64,000 nt of DNA from Owenia fusiformis (taxonomy: Eukaryota). The stretch covers positions 27,032,001 through 27,096,000 of the forward strand of contig CAIIXF020000001.1 of the NCBI GenBank assembly GCA_903813345.2. Direction: 5' to 3'. The translations under genes and the position numbers were made by a program. Below the pieces are notes generated by a model, which ran no database searches, had not been told where the DNA came from, and saw only the letters and a list, made by a program, of their open reading frames with translations. Positions 29,684 to 42,311 of this stretch are shown piece by piece; the stretch's first letter is position 1; each line of letters opens with the position of its first letter.

Positions 29684-30035
29684 TTAATTAAACAAGGTAG
29701 TTTTCCTTACACTAAGTCCAGCGCACAGTTCAACAATCTTAGCCATATTTTCACGTGGGTGTCTAAAGAGTGTTCCAATACATCTAAAAACCTTCAAATT
29801 ACCAATTACATGCTCTACATAAATTCTACGAGACCCAATTATTTTATTAAGACGCTTGCATTTTCGTCGCATCCTCAAAGGTTTTCGTCTTAATTCGGAA
29901 GTTTTATATTTTCGTAAGAGTGGATAGGTACATGGACAAATTTTGTCGGCTAATATTCTACAATCGGCAGAGAAAGGTAAATTCTCGTAGGGTCCATTAT
30001 TGTCCATCAATGCAAATGTCTGGGCATCACAGCTC
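29684..30035 (-). pseudogene. 3' fragment of DDE_Tnp_4 (Harbinger-type) transposase
   Basis: ILADK...YPLL...LNKIIGSRRIYVEHVIGNLKVFRCI; 5' part missing. Confidence 0.85.
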
Positions 30036-30225
30036 ACAAAAAAAGTTTTGGGCCCCTAAAACCGAAAAGTGGGCCCAAATTTTGAAAATTTGAGGCCCAT
30101 TTCCTTCAAAATTTGGCCTAAAATTAAAAAAATAAGGCCTTTGAAGGCCCAATAATGACCAAAAGGCCCACTTTTTGGGGCCTTAAGGCCTTTTTGGCCC
30201 CATGGGCCCCACCGGATCCGCCATA

Positions 30226-31555
30226 GCATCATTCATGTGGCCCAGAAAACCGCTGTGGATATGCCTGATGTTCTTGCTATTATCAACTATTATTTGCGTC
30301 TGTAAACAATGATAACCTCGGTATCCAGAATAAAACAGTTCTTGTTGGGGAAACTAATGACAGGAAAAGATCCACCACAAGATGACGAAGTAAAGTACGT
30401 AAAAAGTTAAAAATATTTTACATGTGTTAAAATACCATAGTCTGAAATCACTCTATTTGCAAGCAAATCACAAACCCATCATTTGATACTTGTTTCGCCT
30501 CATTCAATTTTTCTTTTGATATTGTTTGAAAAAGGTATCTGATTGATTTTTTGTTTAATATTAATGTCTGATGTTTGCAGGTATGCGATCGCCGAAGTAA
30601 AGAATATGGAAACGCGATATACTTCGAAAAAGCCGCTGACTACCAAGGAGACCCCAAAGGAGACCCCGAAGGAGACCCCAAAGGAGAACTTTGAAACGCC
30701 AATGTCGTCAACCTCAAAACAGGAGTCCGATGCTGACGATAAAGGATCAAATGATGGGTTCAGAGATTTACTTCTAGACCAAAGGACCATATACATATTC
30801 CATTGGGATCCATGAGAAAAAAATAATTCATCTGATTTTTCAAAATGAGTATTCTGCTTTAATTATTACATTTATTTGCACACTAGTATCTTGTTGACTT
30901 ATATTCAGCACTGTATTGATGTATAGGCCACTTATTAGGGTCATAATTCAATCATGAAGTGTAGAGGCATAGATTCCAAACAAGGAAGTATTTGTGTGTC
31001 TGTCAAAATCCATTTGCATCCTACGCATCCTTACATCTTATCCAAATATGTTACTACATAATGAAATATAATAGTATATTCTTTGGTTTTACAAAGTTGT
31101 ATAATTTTTGATAAGTGTAAAAGTTGTTTTTGGAGCATTTTTCTATTGCCATTTTGTAGGGAAAAAATGATAAAAAAATGTACAATCTTTTAATTTTAAG
31201 TATGACCTGAATCGATTGCAAACTTCATATTTGCACTTGTGATGAGATAAACCATTTGTGTCATATTGTGAAATTATTAAGTTTGCAATCGATTCAGGTC
31301 ATAGTGTATTTTTGGTATTTTTGTGATAATCAATGGAAACCAATGGCCTCTATTGGGATCTGCTGATATCCTCATGTTAAGTCAATGGTGCACAGCACCA
31401 TGTAAGTCAATACAGCCTTACACCTAAGAATTATTCATTCTCACCATAGGGGTATTCGCCAATAAATGCACTTCTTCCTTTCCACAGATGATGATGATGA
31501 CGTTGCTGCTCCGAAAAAATCAAAACAGAAGAAACGGTCCAAAAGGAGTCCTTAG
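30226..31555 (+). pseudogene. Spliced accessory gene remnant of the PHIS element (exons about 30226-30394, 30581-about 30756, 31488-31555)
   Basis: GT-AG join gives DDEVK-YAIAEVK in frame; one in-frame TAA; KETP repeats; basic NLS-like tail KKSKQKKRSKRSP*. Confidence 0.55.
30784..31417. mobile_element. ~635-bp element without TSD (Spy-like), copy 1, nested in the PHIS element
   Basis: Reverse complement of 42312-42950; GG...CC ends; flanks AAA|TTA; internal 25-bp IR TATGACCTGAATCGATTGCAAACTT. Confidence 0.7.
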
Positions 31556-32959
31556 CTGATATACATCGTCGGGTTTTGAAATCACAGGAACACTTCCTGT
31601 TGAAAAAATACCAAAATAATGAACAGCTTGGGTATCGATATTAGTAGCTCAGAAAGTAACTAGTATTGTCAAATGATCAAATGAAATATAAATAAATAAA
31701 TAAATATTATGTTAAATGATGTACAGTATTTGGTGTTGAATTGTTCGAAAAAACAATAAATAGCATTGCGACTCTATCATAATTATTGCCTTGAAATTAA
31801 ATGTAAATCTGAAAAAACCTACAACAGTGATGATTTACAGTTATTCTTATCAGTAAACTCTAATCAGTAAACTTTTATCGGGACCGTGAAACATCCCTAA
31901 TTAACACCTAATATGAATAAAATTGCGAAAACAATTACATATAATCCATTCTATAGCGACGCAGTATGCATTAAACCTTTCCCCGACCTATATATTTTGA
32001 AATCGTCGTTTTTTTATACAGCGTCCCCAGCATTCATAAAGAATGCTTGCATGAGAAAAGAAAAAAGAACATTTCCGCTCTCAATAACACAAATTAATAA
32101 GTAATCATGGATATGAATTTACAGGTATAAAAACATTTCTTTCAATATGCATCTATTTTAAACTGAAGAATGTAGGGAATTATCACTCTTCAACACTACA
32201 TAATAGGATTTATTTGTACTGATGCCCTTTTAGGGCCTAACGTACATTCAACATACAATTTTCAATAACAGAAAAATAGCAGTAAAGTAAAGAAAATAGG
32301 ATTACATTATTCGAATGACATATTCGCATATGCGTATCTGCTTGCATTGTTCTTACACCTTTTTGTCGTCGTCCTCTCTAATATCAGAAGGATGCATATT
32401 CATTTTAAATAAACACGTCAACAACTGCATTTACTTCTATTATCATAATTTTTTAAGGTTGTGTTTTATTTATTCATACAATCATGATACATGGTCCGAC
32501 AATCGATGGTGATATGGGTCTTCTGTGGGTCGCGGGGCAAAAGGGATACAATCGATATAGAAACCATATGTACTGTTTTTTCAAAATTAAGTCACATCAG
32601 ATGTCGTTATCGACGAATTTCATTTAAGACGAATGAAGAACTTTACTCAAAACATCTTTGCAATTTGGCTATAATTCTACACTTTAATTCATACACACAC
32701 TCGAAACCTTTTCCTGATTGACTGAACATTTAAATTAGAGAAAAACGGGAAACGCTGGGTCTTATTGGGAATAATTATCCGAGAGAATCGTGATGGACAA
32801 TAAATAGTATTTATATTATTATTATGAGGTTTATTATACTTTATCCCAAGTTTGGGCAAATTGTACATATAGCTTACAGAAAAATAAATGAAAAAGCTTG
32901 AATAATTATATTTACTAACTAACTAAAATGTGTCTGATCATTGCAAGATTTTATTAGAT

Positions 32960-34850
32960 GCCTTGAGTTATTTTCATTGAAATTTCCATTGAAATTATTA
33001 ATTCCAATTCCAAGAACATAATTGTAAGCATCATCTATAAACCGCCAAATGTAAACATTGACAACTTTAATCAAAATCGAAATCACTTCATGACAAGGGT
33101 AACATCTGAAAATAAATATTCAATTATAACTGGGGATTTTGATATTGATCTATTCAAATGTAAATCCCATCATGCATCGAGAGAATTTTTAAACCTTATG
33201 GAACCATTCAATCACCAACCCTTGAAATATAGGCCAACACGAGTTACATCACATTCTGCTACATTAATACATACTATTTTCACTAATCTAAACAATGTTA
33301 TACATAGTGCTGTCATTTTAATGGATATTTCAGATCATTTTCCAGTATTTGCAATGACTAGAATGAATACAAAAAAGACAACTCAAAGAGAAATATCCTT
33401 CAGAAGATACAATGATACAAATGTAACTGACTTAAAACACAAACTTAATATTCTTGACTGGTCTGAAATGTATGCATCCACAAAGGTTAACGACTCATAT
33501 TCTTTATTTTACAATGCTGTATTTGATGTATTTGAATTGTAAAGAAAAGAGTGAAATGTTTTAATAATTCTACCCGACCATGGCTTACCTCTACTAAAAA
33601 TAAAAATAAGTTATATTCTAAGTATATCAAATCTCCAAGTATTACTAATTTGAACATTTATAAAAACTATAAGCGTCAACTATAAGCGTTTCTTTCAGAA
33701 AAAACTTTTCGACCTTCATGGCTATTCTTACTTTTGTAGAGAACGTCAGAAAAGCTTTAGAAAATGACAAGTACCCAATAAGACTGTTTCTTGATCTTTC
33801 TATTTAGCATTTGATACTTTAAATCATGGTATTCTTTTAGAAAAAATGAATTTTTATGGAATAAGGGATACATCCCTTAACTTCTTCCAAAGTTATTTAG
33901 AAAACAAAAAACAAAAAGTTTTTTATAACAATGTTTTCTCTGAAACAGAATCAGTGTCATATGGTATTCCACAAGGCTCTGTCCTCGGTCCTCTTTTGTT
34001 CATTGTTTATGTAAATGATATATACTTAGCAGTGACTACTCTAAAACTCCGTTATTTTTGCAAAAGATACAAATGGCTTAGCACTTGATTCTTGTATTGA
34101 CTCTCTTGTAGAGAATCTTAACCAGGAACTAGTCACTCTTGATGAATGGTTCAGATCAAATAAACTCTCTCTAAATTATTCAAAAACCAAAAATATAGTA
34201 TTCACAAAAAAGAAGAAACAAATTCATAAAAATCTAAATGTGAAAATAAACAATATCCTTATCGAGCGAGTCAAATCAATTTTCCTTGGAATAGCCGTAG
34301 ATGAACATCTTGACTGGAAAAAACACATAAAGCGTCTTGAAACCAAAATCTTTTGTACAATTGGTATTTTGTTTAAATGCAGACATCTCCTAAATATTCC
34401 AAGTATGCTTGCAATTTATAACTCATTAATTTATTCTCATCTCATTATTCTCATCAATTATTGTACTGTAGTTTGGGGTAGCAACTATACAACTGCTCTG
34501 GACAAACTGTCAAAACTTCAAAAATCATTTTTGATATTATTGGCTATGAAAAACAGGAGAGAACATTCATCTCCTTTATTTAAACAATTTAAAGTTTTGC
34601 CAAGCATCTTCGAGTATAACATTGGTCAATTTGTGTATAAATGGTATAACAACCTCACAATTTACCAACTGCTCTTCGGTGACTATTATTATCGCAATGA
34701 CCAAATTCATAATTATTTTACAAGACAAAACAAAGAGCTACATACACAAAAGTTTGAAACAAATATAGGATTGTTTTCAATAAAAACGCAAGGACAAATC
34801 ATTTGGAATAATCTACCTTTGTATCTAAAAAATAGCCCTTCTCTGAGCAT
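32960..34850 (+). mobile_element. Degraded CR1/L2-group LINE ORF2 (APE + RT), internally deleted and frameshifted
   Basis: IYKPP, GDFDID, PTRVT, ISDHFPVF; LFLDLS..AFDTLNH, GIPQGSVLGPLLFIVYVND; NYCTVVWG. Confidence 0.9.
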
Positions 34851-34884
34851 TAGAGGGGGGCCAATAATGCTATATAGCCTCGGC

Positions 34885-35512
34885 TGTTACGCGGTAAACA
34901 CGATACAAAAATATGCCATATTCCGCAACGAATATGGCATATTCACTTGCGGTGTATGACAGATTCACCTGCGGTATATGGTATATATACCAATGAGAAC
35001 GTGATACGGAAGTACGCAATTGTCAATTGCATCGATTGAACGAACAAGTAAAACTTTATAAATTATATGATTACTGAATCAACAGTGCAATTTATCGAAT
35101 ATATCAACGTATGCAGAAGTATCACTCACCAATCTCACGTAGGTAATAAACTTACCCAATCAATCCAGGATTCATATATAAGTACTCGACGCACCAACAA
35201 TATTGGTAATCCAGCGTAGTTTTACATTTAGAGTCGATTCTGGCAACCAATCAAACCAAGTCTTTCTGTATCACGTTTTCGCCTGCGGAATATGTCATAT
35301 TCACCTGCTGTATATGGCATATTCCGCAAGTGAGTATAACATATTCTGCAGGTGAGTATCGGGTATTCACTGAAATCAATGTATCGTATATTCACTGCGA
35401 AATATCGCATACTCACTTGCGGAATATGCCATATACCGCAGGTGAGTATGGCATATTCACCCGTATCACAAATACCGCGCAACCATGAATATATGGCATA
35501 TTCCGCGTAACA
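34885..35512. mobile_element. 628-bp TGT...ACA element with 5-bp TSD (Ginger2/TDD-like MITE or solo LTR), copy 1
   Basis: TGTTACGCGG...CCGCGTAACA; TSD TCGGC; subterminal ATATGCCATATTCCGCA repeats in both orientations. Confidence 0.85.
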
Positions 35513-36104
35513 TCGGCCCCTTACAATCTTTGTAAATAATTATGTTGAATAATATGGAAATAAATAACAATAACCTAATAAAAAAGTATTTTTAAATCAA
35601 GACTAAAAAACTTCCTGATCAGCAAAATTCCAAATAATCATTAATTTAGGGCATAGTTCACATTGATTTTTATTCTTCCTTATTTGTTAACTCATCATAG
35701 ATGTCATTATGTTACACATTATACATATCTCTAGTATCAGTTAGGTGTCCCCATTGCTCCTGCTCCCAATAAGTTGCTCATACTCTCTTTCTTATAAATT
35801 AAAGGTACTATTTTATATTCATACATTTTTAATTGAAAACTCAGTATATACACATAAACACGTGTCTACTGTTAAAATCTTTATCATTATGTAATTGAAT
35901 CAATTTGAAATTATATGTGGTATTCTGAACCGGTGTGAAAGAAATGATGGTCCCCCAGGGACTATGGTCCCTTTTCTTAACGGGCCTTACTGGCCCTGAT
36001 TGCGTATTAAGATAATGAGGGAAAGAGTTGTATTTAGGTCACCATATAAATCAATGGAGAGTAGGACCATAATTTGATAGGACCTCCTACCCTTTTACAC
36101 CTGT

Positions 36105-36470
36105 CTTCTTGTTACACATTAGATATTTTCTTTCTTCAATAGGGATACTTGGTTTTTTGTAACGACCCGTTTCGATTTCTAGCGCTAATTCTTAACTTTG
36201 TTATTTCCGTCTAATTCATTTTTGATTAAATCCAAGTAGGGACCCTTGTTTCTTCTTGCTTTTATTATTTTATTAAACCTCATTTTACCGTTATTTGATT
36301 TTATTTTAGTTTCCCAAAACTGTAAGTATCTATTTTCCAGTAATTTCCTTATTTCTCTTGGTTTTAAGTTGGAATACACTGTAGTTTGCAAAGGACGATT
36401 CTCGGTTTGGAGAACAGTCTCCCGGGCTAATAATTTTTTCATGAAAAATATAGAAATATTACCCAAATTA
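36105..36470 (-). mobile_element. 3' fragment of a LINE ORF2
   Basis: Minus strand reads FWETKIK...PYLDLIKN and LEIETGRYKKPSIPIEERKYLMCN, a typical LINE C-terminal motif. Confidence 0.65.
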
Positions 36471-38250
36471 AACTATGAATATTCAAAAGAGGACATTTAA
36501 ATCTACAAGATGTAAAAATAACAAATTGGTCTGAAGCAGGGATAACGCTCAATTAGACCGATTCAATAAAATACAAGTCTCGATTTGGGGAAAAAAGTTC
36601 ATCAGTGTACTGCGCTAATATTTTTTTGCGAAAAATCTAGAAATATTACCCAAATTAAATTATGACTATTCAAAAGAAGACATTCAAATCTATATTATGT
36701 AAAAAAAAATCAAATTTGTTCAAAGCAGGGATAATGCTCATTTATATTGATGAACTTCGTTCTCCAAACCGAGAATCGTCCTTTGATGCAGTACCATTGT
36801 TAATATATTTGAGTACACTATTGATGTGCTTGGGCCCTGGGGCCATAATTGTTTTTTTCATATCTGTCAGTTGTTTATTTACCTCAAAGGCATCGTAAGC
36901 GAGTCGTTCCTTTATCGTTAATTTGATTAAGATATCTTATTTTATTTATCTATTTTATTCACCGTGAGTACTAGCTGGCCATAAATACAACTTGGTCTTT
37001 ATTAAAACAATATGTTTTCTTTAAACCGAAGACCCTAAATTTAATAATATTTTGGAAATTTAGTTTATGATAATTTTGATTAAACTACTTACAATACCAC
37101 CAGTAGGTGGTCCAGTTTTAATAACATCGCCCAATTGTTCAATTTAGAACAGACGATACCTTACGAAACGTGAGCATTGTCTATACTAAGTCGTGATTCA
37201 TTCTGTTTCGGTGAATATCCGATCAGATCATAATTTCATCATCATATGCATTTATTAGCAGCACGGAGAAATCTCGTGATTTATTTTTGCTTTCCTTATG
37301 CTATACGCGTGGTGGTATCAGTGGTAGCGTATGAACGGAAACATTAGGTCACTATGACCTCAATTGAAAATAAAAACAAAACTGACAAAAAACATGTTTA
37401 TTCAAAGTACCGAATGCAGGCGTACCTGGTCAGTGGAGTAACCTTGACAACCGGGTTATTTGAGGATACGGGGTAGTCTTAAGGCAGCGAATGAGGTGAG
37501 CTATTTTAATCTTGAGTACATTCACAGATATTAAGGTCAATTCATGTTATCTGAGTAACCTTTGAACAATAAAAGTACGCTTAACAGTATACATATATGT
37601 AATAGCATGGCATCTTGCTTACTTATCACGTTCACAATGTCAGTAAATAAAAAAACAACCGCTAATTCAGTGAGCAGTAAATAGTAAATACGCGGTAAGT
37701 TGTGTACGACGGACCTCCTTTTTTGCTTCAATGACAGTGGTTTATGACCCTGGATGGTAAACACTATTGTATCAGCTGACGTTTTCTGGGTCAAGGTAAC
37801 CAAGCAGCTGGTTGTTTGCATGCACTTTGCATGAAAAGCTCTCTACAGATAAGTCAGTATTTCAAAAAAAGACTTCAACAGGACGTATTTAGCATTGTGA
37901 AATATAACGGAAGCATGATGGTTTAATAACTTGCTTTGGAGATTTCTGATCGGAAAGGGCATCATTTCAGGTATGTTCTAGTATATGCCGTTTTTTCTCA
38001 CGGCCATAAAATAATTGCATGCATTTATCGATCAGATCTATATGTTACGCTGTATGTAAAGCTCTTCATATTCGGAGTTTATGTTACTGATAGGCCTAGT
38101 CCATATGAACATTGATTCGCACTCTGATTTATTGCAGTGTTTTTACACGCTAACACAACGTGTTAGCAATCATAGACAAGGTTAAGGCTAAAATGATATC
38201 CGATGTCTATGGTAGGTTATTGTGTTTTCTCGCACTTTATGCAACACTGT

Positions 38251-38434
38251 CAGGCCCGTTGCCAGGTCTGGCCAGAAATTCTTTCAAAATCATGCAGTTT
38301 TTCCGGGAGTTTTTCACCTTTCTGAGCACTTGTCGCATGATTTTGCCAAAAACTGTCAAAAAAGCTCCCCCTCTTGGCAAAAGTTCCCCCTTGGTAAAAC
38401 CGCTCCCCCTAGGTAAATCCTGGCTACGGACCTG
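38251..38434. mobile_element. Short CAGG-terminated MITE; relatives at about 3300-3440 and 4290-4455
   Basis: CAGGCCCGTTGCCAGG...CCTGGCTACGGACCTG flanked by CACTGT repeats; shared core GGTGAAAAAC..CATGATTTTGAAAGA. Confidence 0.65.
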
Positions 38435-39124
38435 CACTGTATTGTGTATTGTAGTGTACAATAGTACAATAGTACTGTATATTGTAGTGTTCTGTTGCAC
38501 TGAATGATATGTTGTAGTGTACTATAGAACCTCATAGCATTGTAGTGTACTAGAGGGTCCTGAAAATCAGGATAAGGACCTAAAATTGATTTAAAAATGG
38601 CCTCAATAATGAAATCGGAGGTGATTTCTTCTTCTCGGACATCATTTCTTTTTGTTTTGGGGGCATCTTTAGGGGATGTGTTTATATTGTTACATGAAGT
38701 AAATATAAAACAGTTTAGATGGTAAATTTTAGTTTAGTTTTATATCAAATAAACAGGGTAATCCCAAAATGCACTCAGCGAATTAAACATATTCCATAAA
38801 TCGTTAACCACTCGGTCACACAAACTAGTTCTCAAACTGTCTTGTTCCGGTCCTCGGTTCGTTTCGGTAACAAAATGTCGGAACGTCGAAGGTACGATTT
38901 TCCTTTTTTCCTTATTTCACACGTTGTAGGCAGAATCCCCACGACATTTTTTCTAACAAACATGTATCAGTATCATATGTTTACTGATAACACGTTTGTG
39001 ATAAAAATGTCGTGGGAATTCTGCCTACAACGTGTGAAATAAGGAAAAAAGAAAAATCGTACCTTCGACGTTCCGACATTTTGTTACCGAAACGGTTCCA
39101 GCGTAATCGAGTGGATCAACAGTG

Positions 39125-39460
39125 ATGTTGCAGTATACCCGATATATTGAGCAGTGTCTAGTACATTGCAGTGTACTCAAGCAGCTAATGGTATATTATA
39201 GTGTACTCTAGCAGTGTGTGGTACTTTTCAATTTACTCTAGCAGTTAACGGTATATTGTAGTGTACTGTAGCAGTTTGTGGTACATTGCAGTGTACCCTA
39301 GCAGTTAACGGTATATTGTAGTGTACTCTAGCAGTTTCTGTTACATTGCAGTGTACTCTAGCAGTTAATGGCATATTATTCTAGTACTTCAGCAGTTTTT
39401 TTGTGGTACTTTGCAATGTACTCTAGCAGTTAACGGTATATTGTCGTGTACTCTTGCAGT
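39125..39460. repeat. 30-bp minisatellite with alternating variants (60-bp higher order)
   Basis: GCAGTTAACGGTATATTGTAGTGTACTCTA alternates with GCAGTTTGTGGTACATTGCAGTGTACTCTA; related degenerate units at 38435-38552. Confidence 0.85.
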
Positions 39461-39511
39461 CTTATGTATTGCACCTTATTCGACCAGCAGAAATACGTGG
39501 ATGTGCAAGCT

Positions 39512-39689
39512 CACACCGGAATAGCCTGACGACGGTAAAGTCAGATATCGTTGTCACAAATGGCGAACATAACCGTCGCTTCAACTCTTCAATCACTTGG
39601 TCCTCGTTTCATGGGACTTTATCGACGGTTATGTTCGCCATTTGTGACAACGGTATCTGACTTTACCGTTGTCAGGCTATTCCGGTGTG
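39512..39689. mobile_element. Palindromic MITE, CAC termini, 5-bp TSD; related remnant near 53790-53870
   Basis: CACACCGGAATAGCCTGAC...GTCAGGCTATTCCGGTGTG, ~65-bp arms, AAGCT on both sides. Confidence 0.8.
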
Positions 39690-39829
39690 AAGCTAGCTAG
39701 ACTAGTCTATGATACAAAATGTTATCTTGTATACAAGACCAGTAACAACTATACTGTAGTATTCTCAATTCTTTACAATTTTGTTTTTCAGTCACTACAT
39801 TATTGCAACGGTAGACACGTATAGACACA

Positions 39830-41542
39830 ATGTCTCACATCGACGATATTACCCTTCCCAACGCACCACTTACACGGAGCTACCTGTATGGGGCGCCTAA
39901 AACACCCCTTGTGGACATGACATTAGCCGAGGCCCTCAATAAAACAACAGAGAAATATCCTGAGAAAATTGCTATAACGTATCTTGATCCTACCCAAGAA
40001 ACATCACACTCTATGACATTTCTAGAATGGCAGAAAAGTTCCAAGAATCTTGCGGCATCGTTGAAAAAGATGGGGATCACCTCAAGGCATCATGTGGCTA
40101 TATTAGCTCCTAACTGTAAAGAGTTTTTGATCGCTACATGGGGTCTATTCTACATAGGCGCTACCGCTGTCTTCCTTAGCCACGAATTAAAGAGCGGAGA
40201 AGATATTCTAGGGAAACTCAAGGCAACCAAGTGTAAAGGCTTGATCATTTTTAATGATGATGGGCCCATGGTCTCCAGTATAATAGAAACAATCTTATTC
40301 GATCCAAAATGCCGAGTCCCGACACGTTTCATCGTTACGATCGGTCAGAGTACCCACGATGGTATCCACAGTCTACAGACATTGATAAATAGCGCCAGGG
40401 AGGCGGATTTGAGCAATTTAGAGAGAGCAACAGGGGGAAATCTTAGTGGAAACAACGACGCTATCGTCTGCTTTACTGCCGGAACAACAGGCAACCCTAA
40501 AGCTGTCCCACTCAATCACGTTAGCTTGATTAATGCTTTCACTTTCATTTTGAGGAGATTCGGAATCGATGACCAACAGGTGTTTTTCAACGATCGTCCT
40601 TTGACATGGCTCGGTGGCTTCTTGTCTCCCCTCTGCGCGGTTCTGTTTGGCGCTAGAGTAGTTTCTGTGGATACATCTAAGACTGTCAATCAGCACGACA
40701 CGGAGTTTATCCTGGGTACGATGAATCGTGAAGATGTCACCCATGCAATGACATTGCCGTATTTGTTATATGATATTGTTCACTTTGGAGAAAAATCAGA
40801 ATACAAACTTCGTCATCTAAAAGCTATATTTGTGAGTGGACAAATGGTCCCGAGTAATCTTGTAGCTGATATGATAGCAGCTTACCCAAATATAACTGCC
40901 TTTAATGCCTATGGTAACACAGAAACATCTGGCCCTATAGTAACGATCTTCGCCGGTGAAAATCTAATGCAAGATGGTTCTGTCACCGTTGGTCTTCCTA
41001 TACCACATTGTGAGGTCAAGATCATTGACAGTAATGATAAAATCACCCCTATCAATGAATCGGGTGAGGTCTGTTTAAGAGGTCCAAACTGGGTCAGTAG
41101 ACCGTATCGAGATTCTGAAGGATGGTTTCGCACTGGAGATATAGGTAAAATGTCTACCAATGGAAGACTATTTATTCTTGGTAGATGCAAAGACATGATC
41201 AAAAGAGGCACACGCTCAATACTCCCTTCGTACTTGGAGACCGTCATAGCGACGCATCCTAGCGTAGAAAGCGTATGTGTGGTCGGTGTCCCAGACGAGA
41301 GGCTATACGAGGAGATATGTGCCTGTATCGTTGTGAAAGCTGGTGCCACTCTCACTGCTGAGGATATGACGAGCTGGTGTGACGAAGTGTTCGCTGCTGA
41401 AGGCACAGCAGATGGCATGAGTATGGCACCGAAATATTTTATATTTGTGGACAGTCTCCCTGTTGCAACAATAGGGAAGATTGATAGAAAGAACTTATGG
41501 GACCACGCTGTCACAACCCTAGGCATACAAGTGCGTCAATAG
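39830..41542 (+). CDS. AMP-binding acyl-CoA synthetase, ACSF2-like, 570 aa, single coding exon; acceptor at 39791, probable non-coding exon ending at 37970
   Basis: FTAGTTGNPKA, AYGNTE, GEVCLRGP, GWFRTGDIG, GRCKDMIKRG, VVGVPDERLYEEICAC, IGKIDR; N-terminal SYLYG..TPL as in ACSF2; in-frame TAG upstream at 39812. Confidence 0.93.
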   Translation: MSHIDDITLPNAPLTRSYLYGAPKTPLVDMTLAEALNKTTEKYPEKIAITYLDPTQETSHSMTFLEWQKSSKNLAASLKKMGITSRHHVAILAPNCKEFLIATWGLFYIGATAVFLSHELKSGEDILGKLKATKCKGLIIFNDDGPMVSSIIETILFDPKCRVPTRFIVTIGQSTHDGIHSLQTLINSAREADLSNLERATGGNLSGNNDAIVCFTAGTTGNPKAVPLNHVSLINAFTFILRRFGIDDQQVFFNDRPLTWLGGFLSPLCAVLFGARVVSVDTSKTVNQHDTEFILGTMNREDVTHAMTLPYLLYDIVHFGEKSEYKLRHLKAIFVSGQMVPSNLVADMIAAYPNITAFNAYGNTETSGPIVTIFAGENLMQDGSVTVGLPIPHCEVKIIDSNDKITPINESGEVCLRGPNWVSRPYRDSEGWFRTGDIGKMSTNGRLFILGRCKDMIKRGTRSILPSYLETVIATHPSVESVCVVGVPDERLYEEICACIVVKAGATLTAEDMTSWCDEVFAAEGTADGMSMAPKYFIFVDSLPVATIGKIDRKNLWDHAVTTLGIQVRQ

Positions 41543-41628
41543 CTAGGCATACACGTGCGTCAATAACTAGGCATACACATGTGTCAATGACTTGATATAC
41601 AAGTGTGTCAATTACTAGGCATACAAGT
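41519..41628 (+). repeat. 24-bp tandem repeat containing the stop codon of the acyl-CoA synthetase
   Basis: CTAGGCATACAAGTGCGTCAATAG x about 4.5; units end TAG, TAA, TGA, TTA. Confidence 0.85.
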
Positions 41629-42311
41629 ACATGTCGAAAAAAGGAATAAAAAATGTACATAAAGACTGTGTCAGATTGACACAATTCGTTTGGTACTACA
41701 TTTACTCTGCATATCTTGTATAGGTGGCAATATACATGTAGGAATTAATAAATGATATTTATATAATCGCTCTAACTGTGCTATACAGATGATTTTTCAA
41801 AATAGATGGCAATTTGAAGATTATTCGTTTAACTGATATTGATCATGATTAAATACATTTTTCAATATATTTGATCCAACAGAAAGTCTGTTGTTGATGT
41901 ACAACATGTGCCCGCAATAACAATTACGATTGTTATAGAAAAAATTTCATGTAAAAGTGTACTTTTACCAGAAGACAAATATGTGAGATAAATAAAAAAA
42001 GTGTTTTAGTTCTTGGGTAGAATTAACAACCAGTTAATATATTGAAGGATAATAAATTAACTCAATCGTATGTTTACTTAACACTCTAATATAGATTCTC
42101 TATATGTCAATTACATACTTGTAAGATTTGAATTTTTTGTGTTTCCACTATGGTTCTAAAGGACAAGGTGCAATTATTGGCAAATATCCCTATGGTCAAA
42201 ATGAATCATTCGTAGGTGTAACATGAAGAATAAAATGTCATATAATACTTTGGAAAATATTAAAGTGCTTGGACACACATAAGCTGAGATAGGGATCATT
42301 TCGTTCAGCAA

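Larger units (their letters stand above)
29536..31898. mobile_element. Defective PIF/Harbinger-superfamily (PHIS) transposon with two divergent gene remnants
   Basis: ~70-bp TIRs AGGGATGTTTCACG(A/G)TCCCGATAAAAGTTTACTGATTAGAG; TSD imperfect (AGT/AAT). Confidence 0.85.

Noticed and set aside
37405-37502. HDV-like ribozyme ending GCGAATGAGGT
   Set aside because: P3/L3 and P1.1 cannot be built convincingly; more likely a SINE remnant, but unsupported.
39830-41542. Firefly-type luciferase or bacterial contamination
   Set aside because: Motifs fit ACSF2-like ligases, there is no PTS1 tail, and the gene has a splice acceptor and host repeats on both sides.
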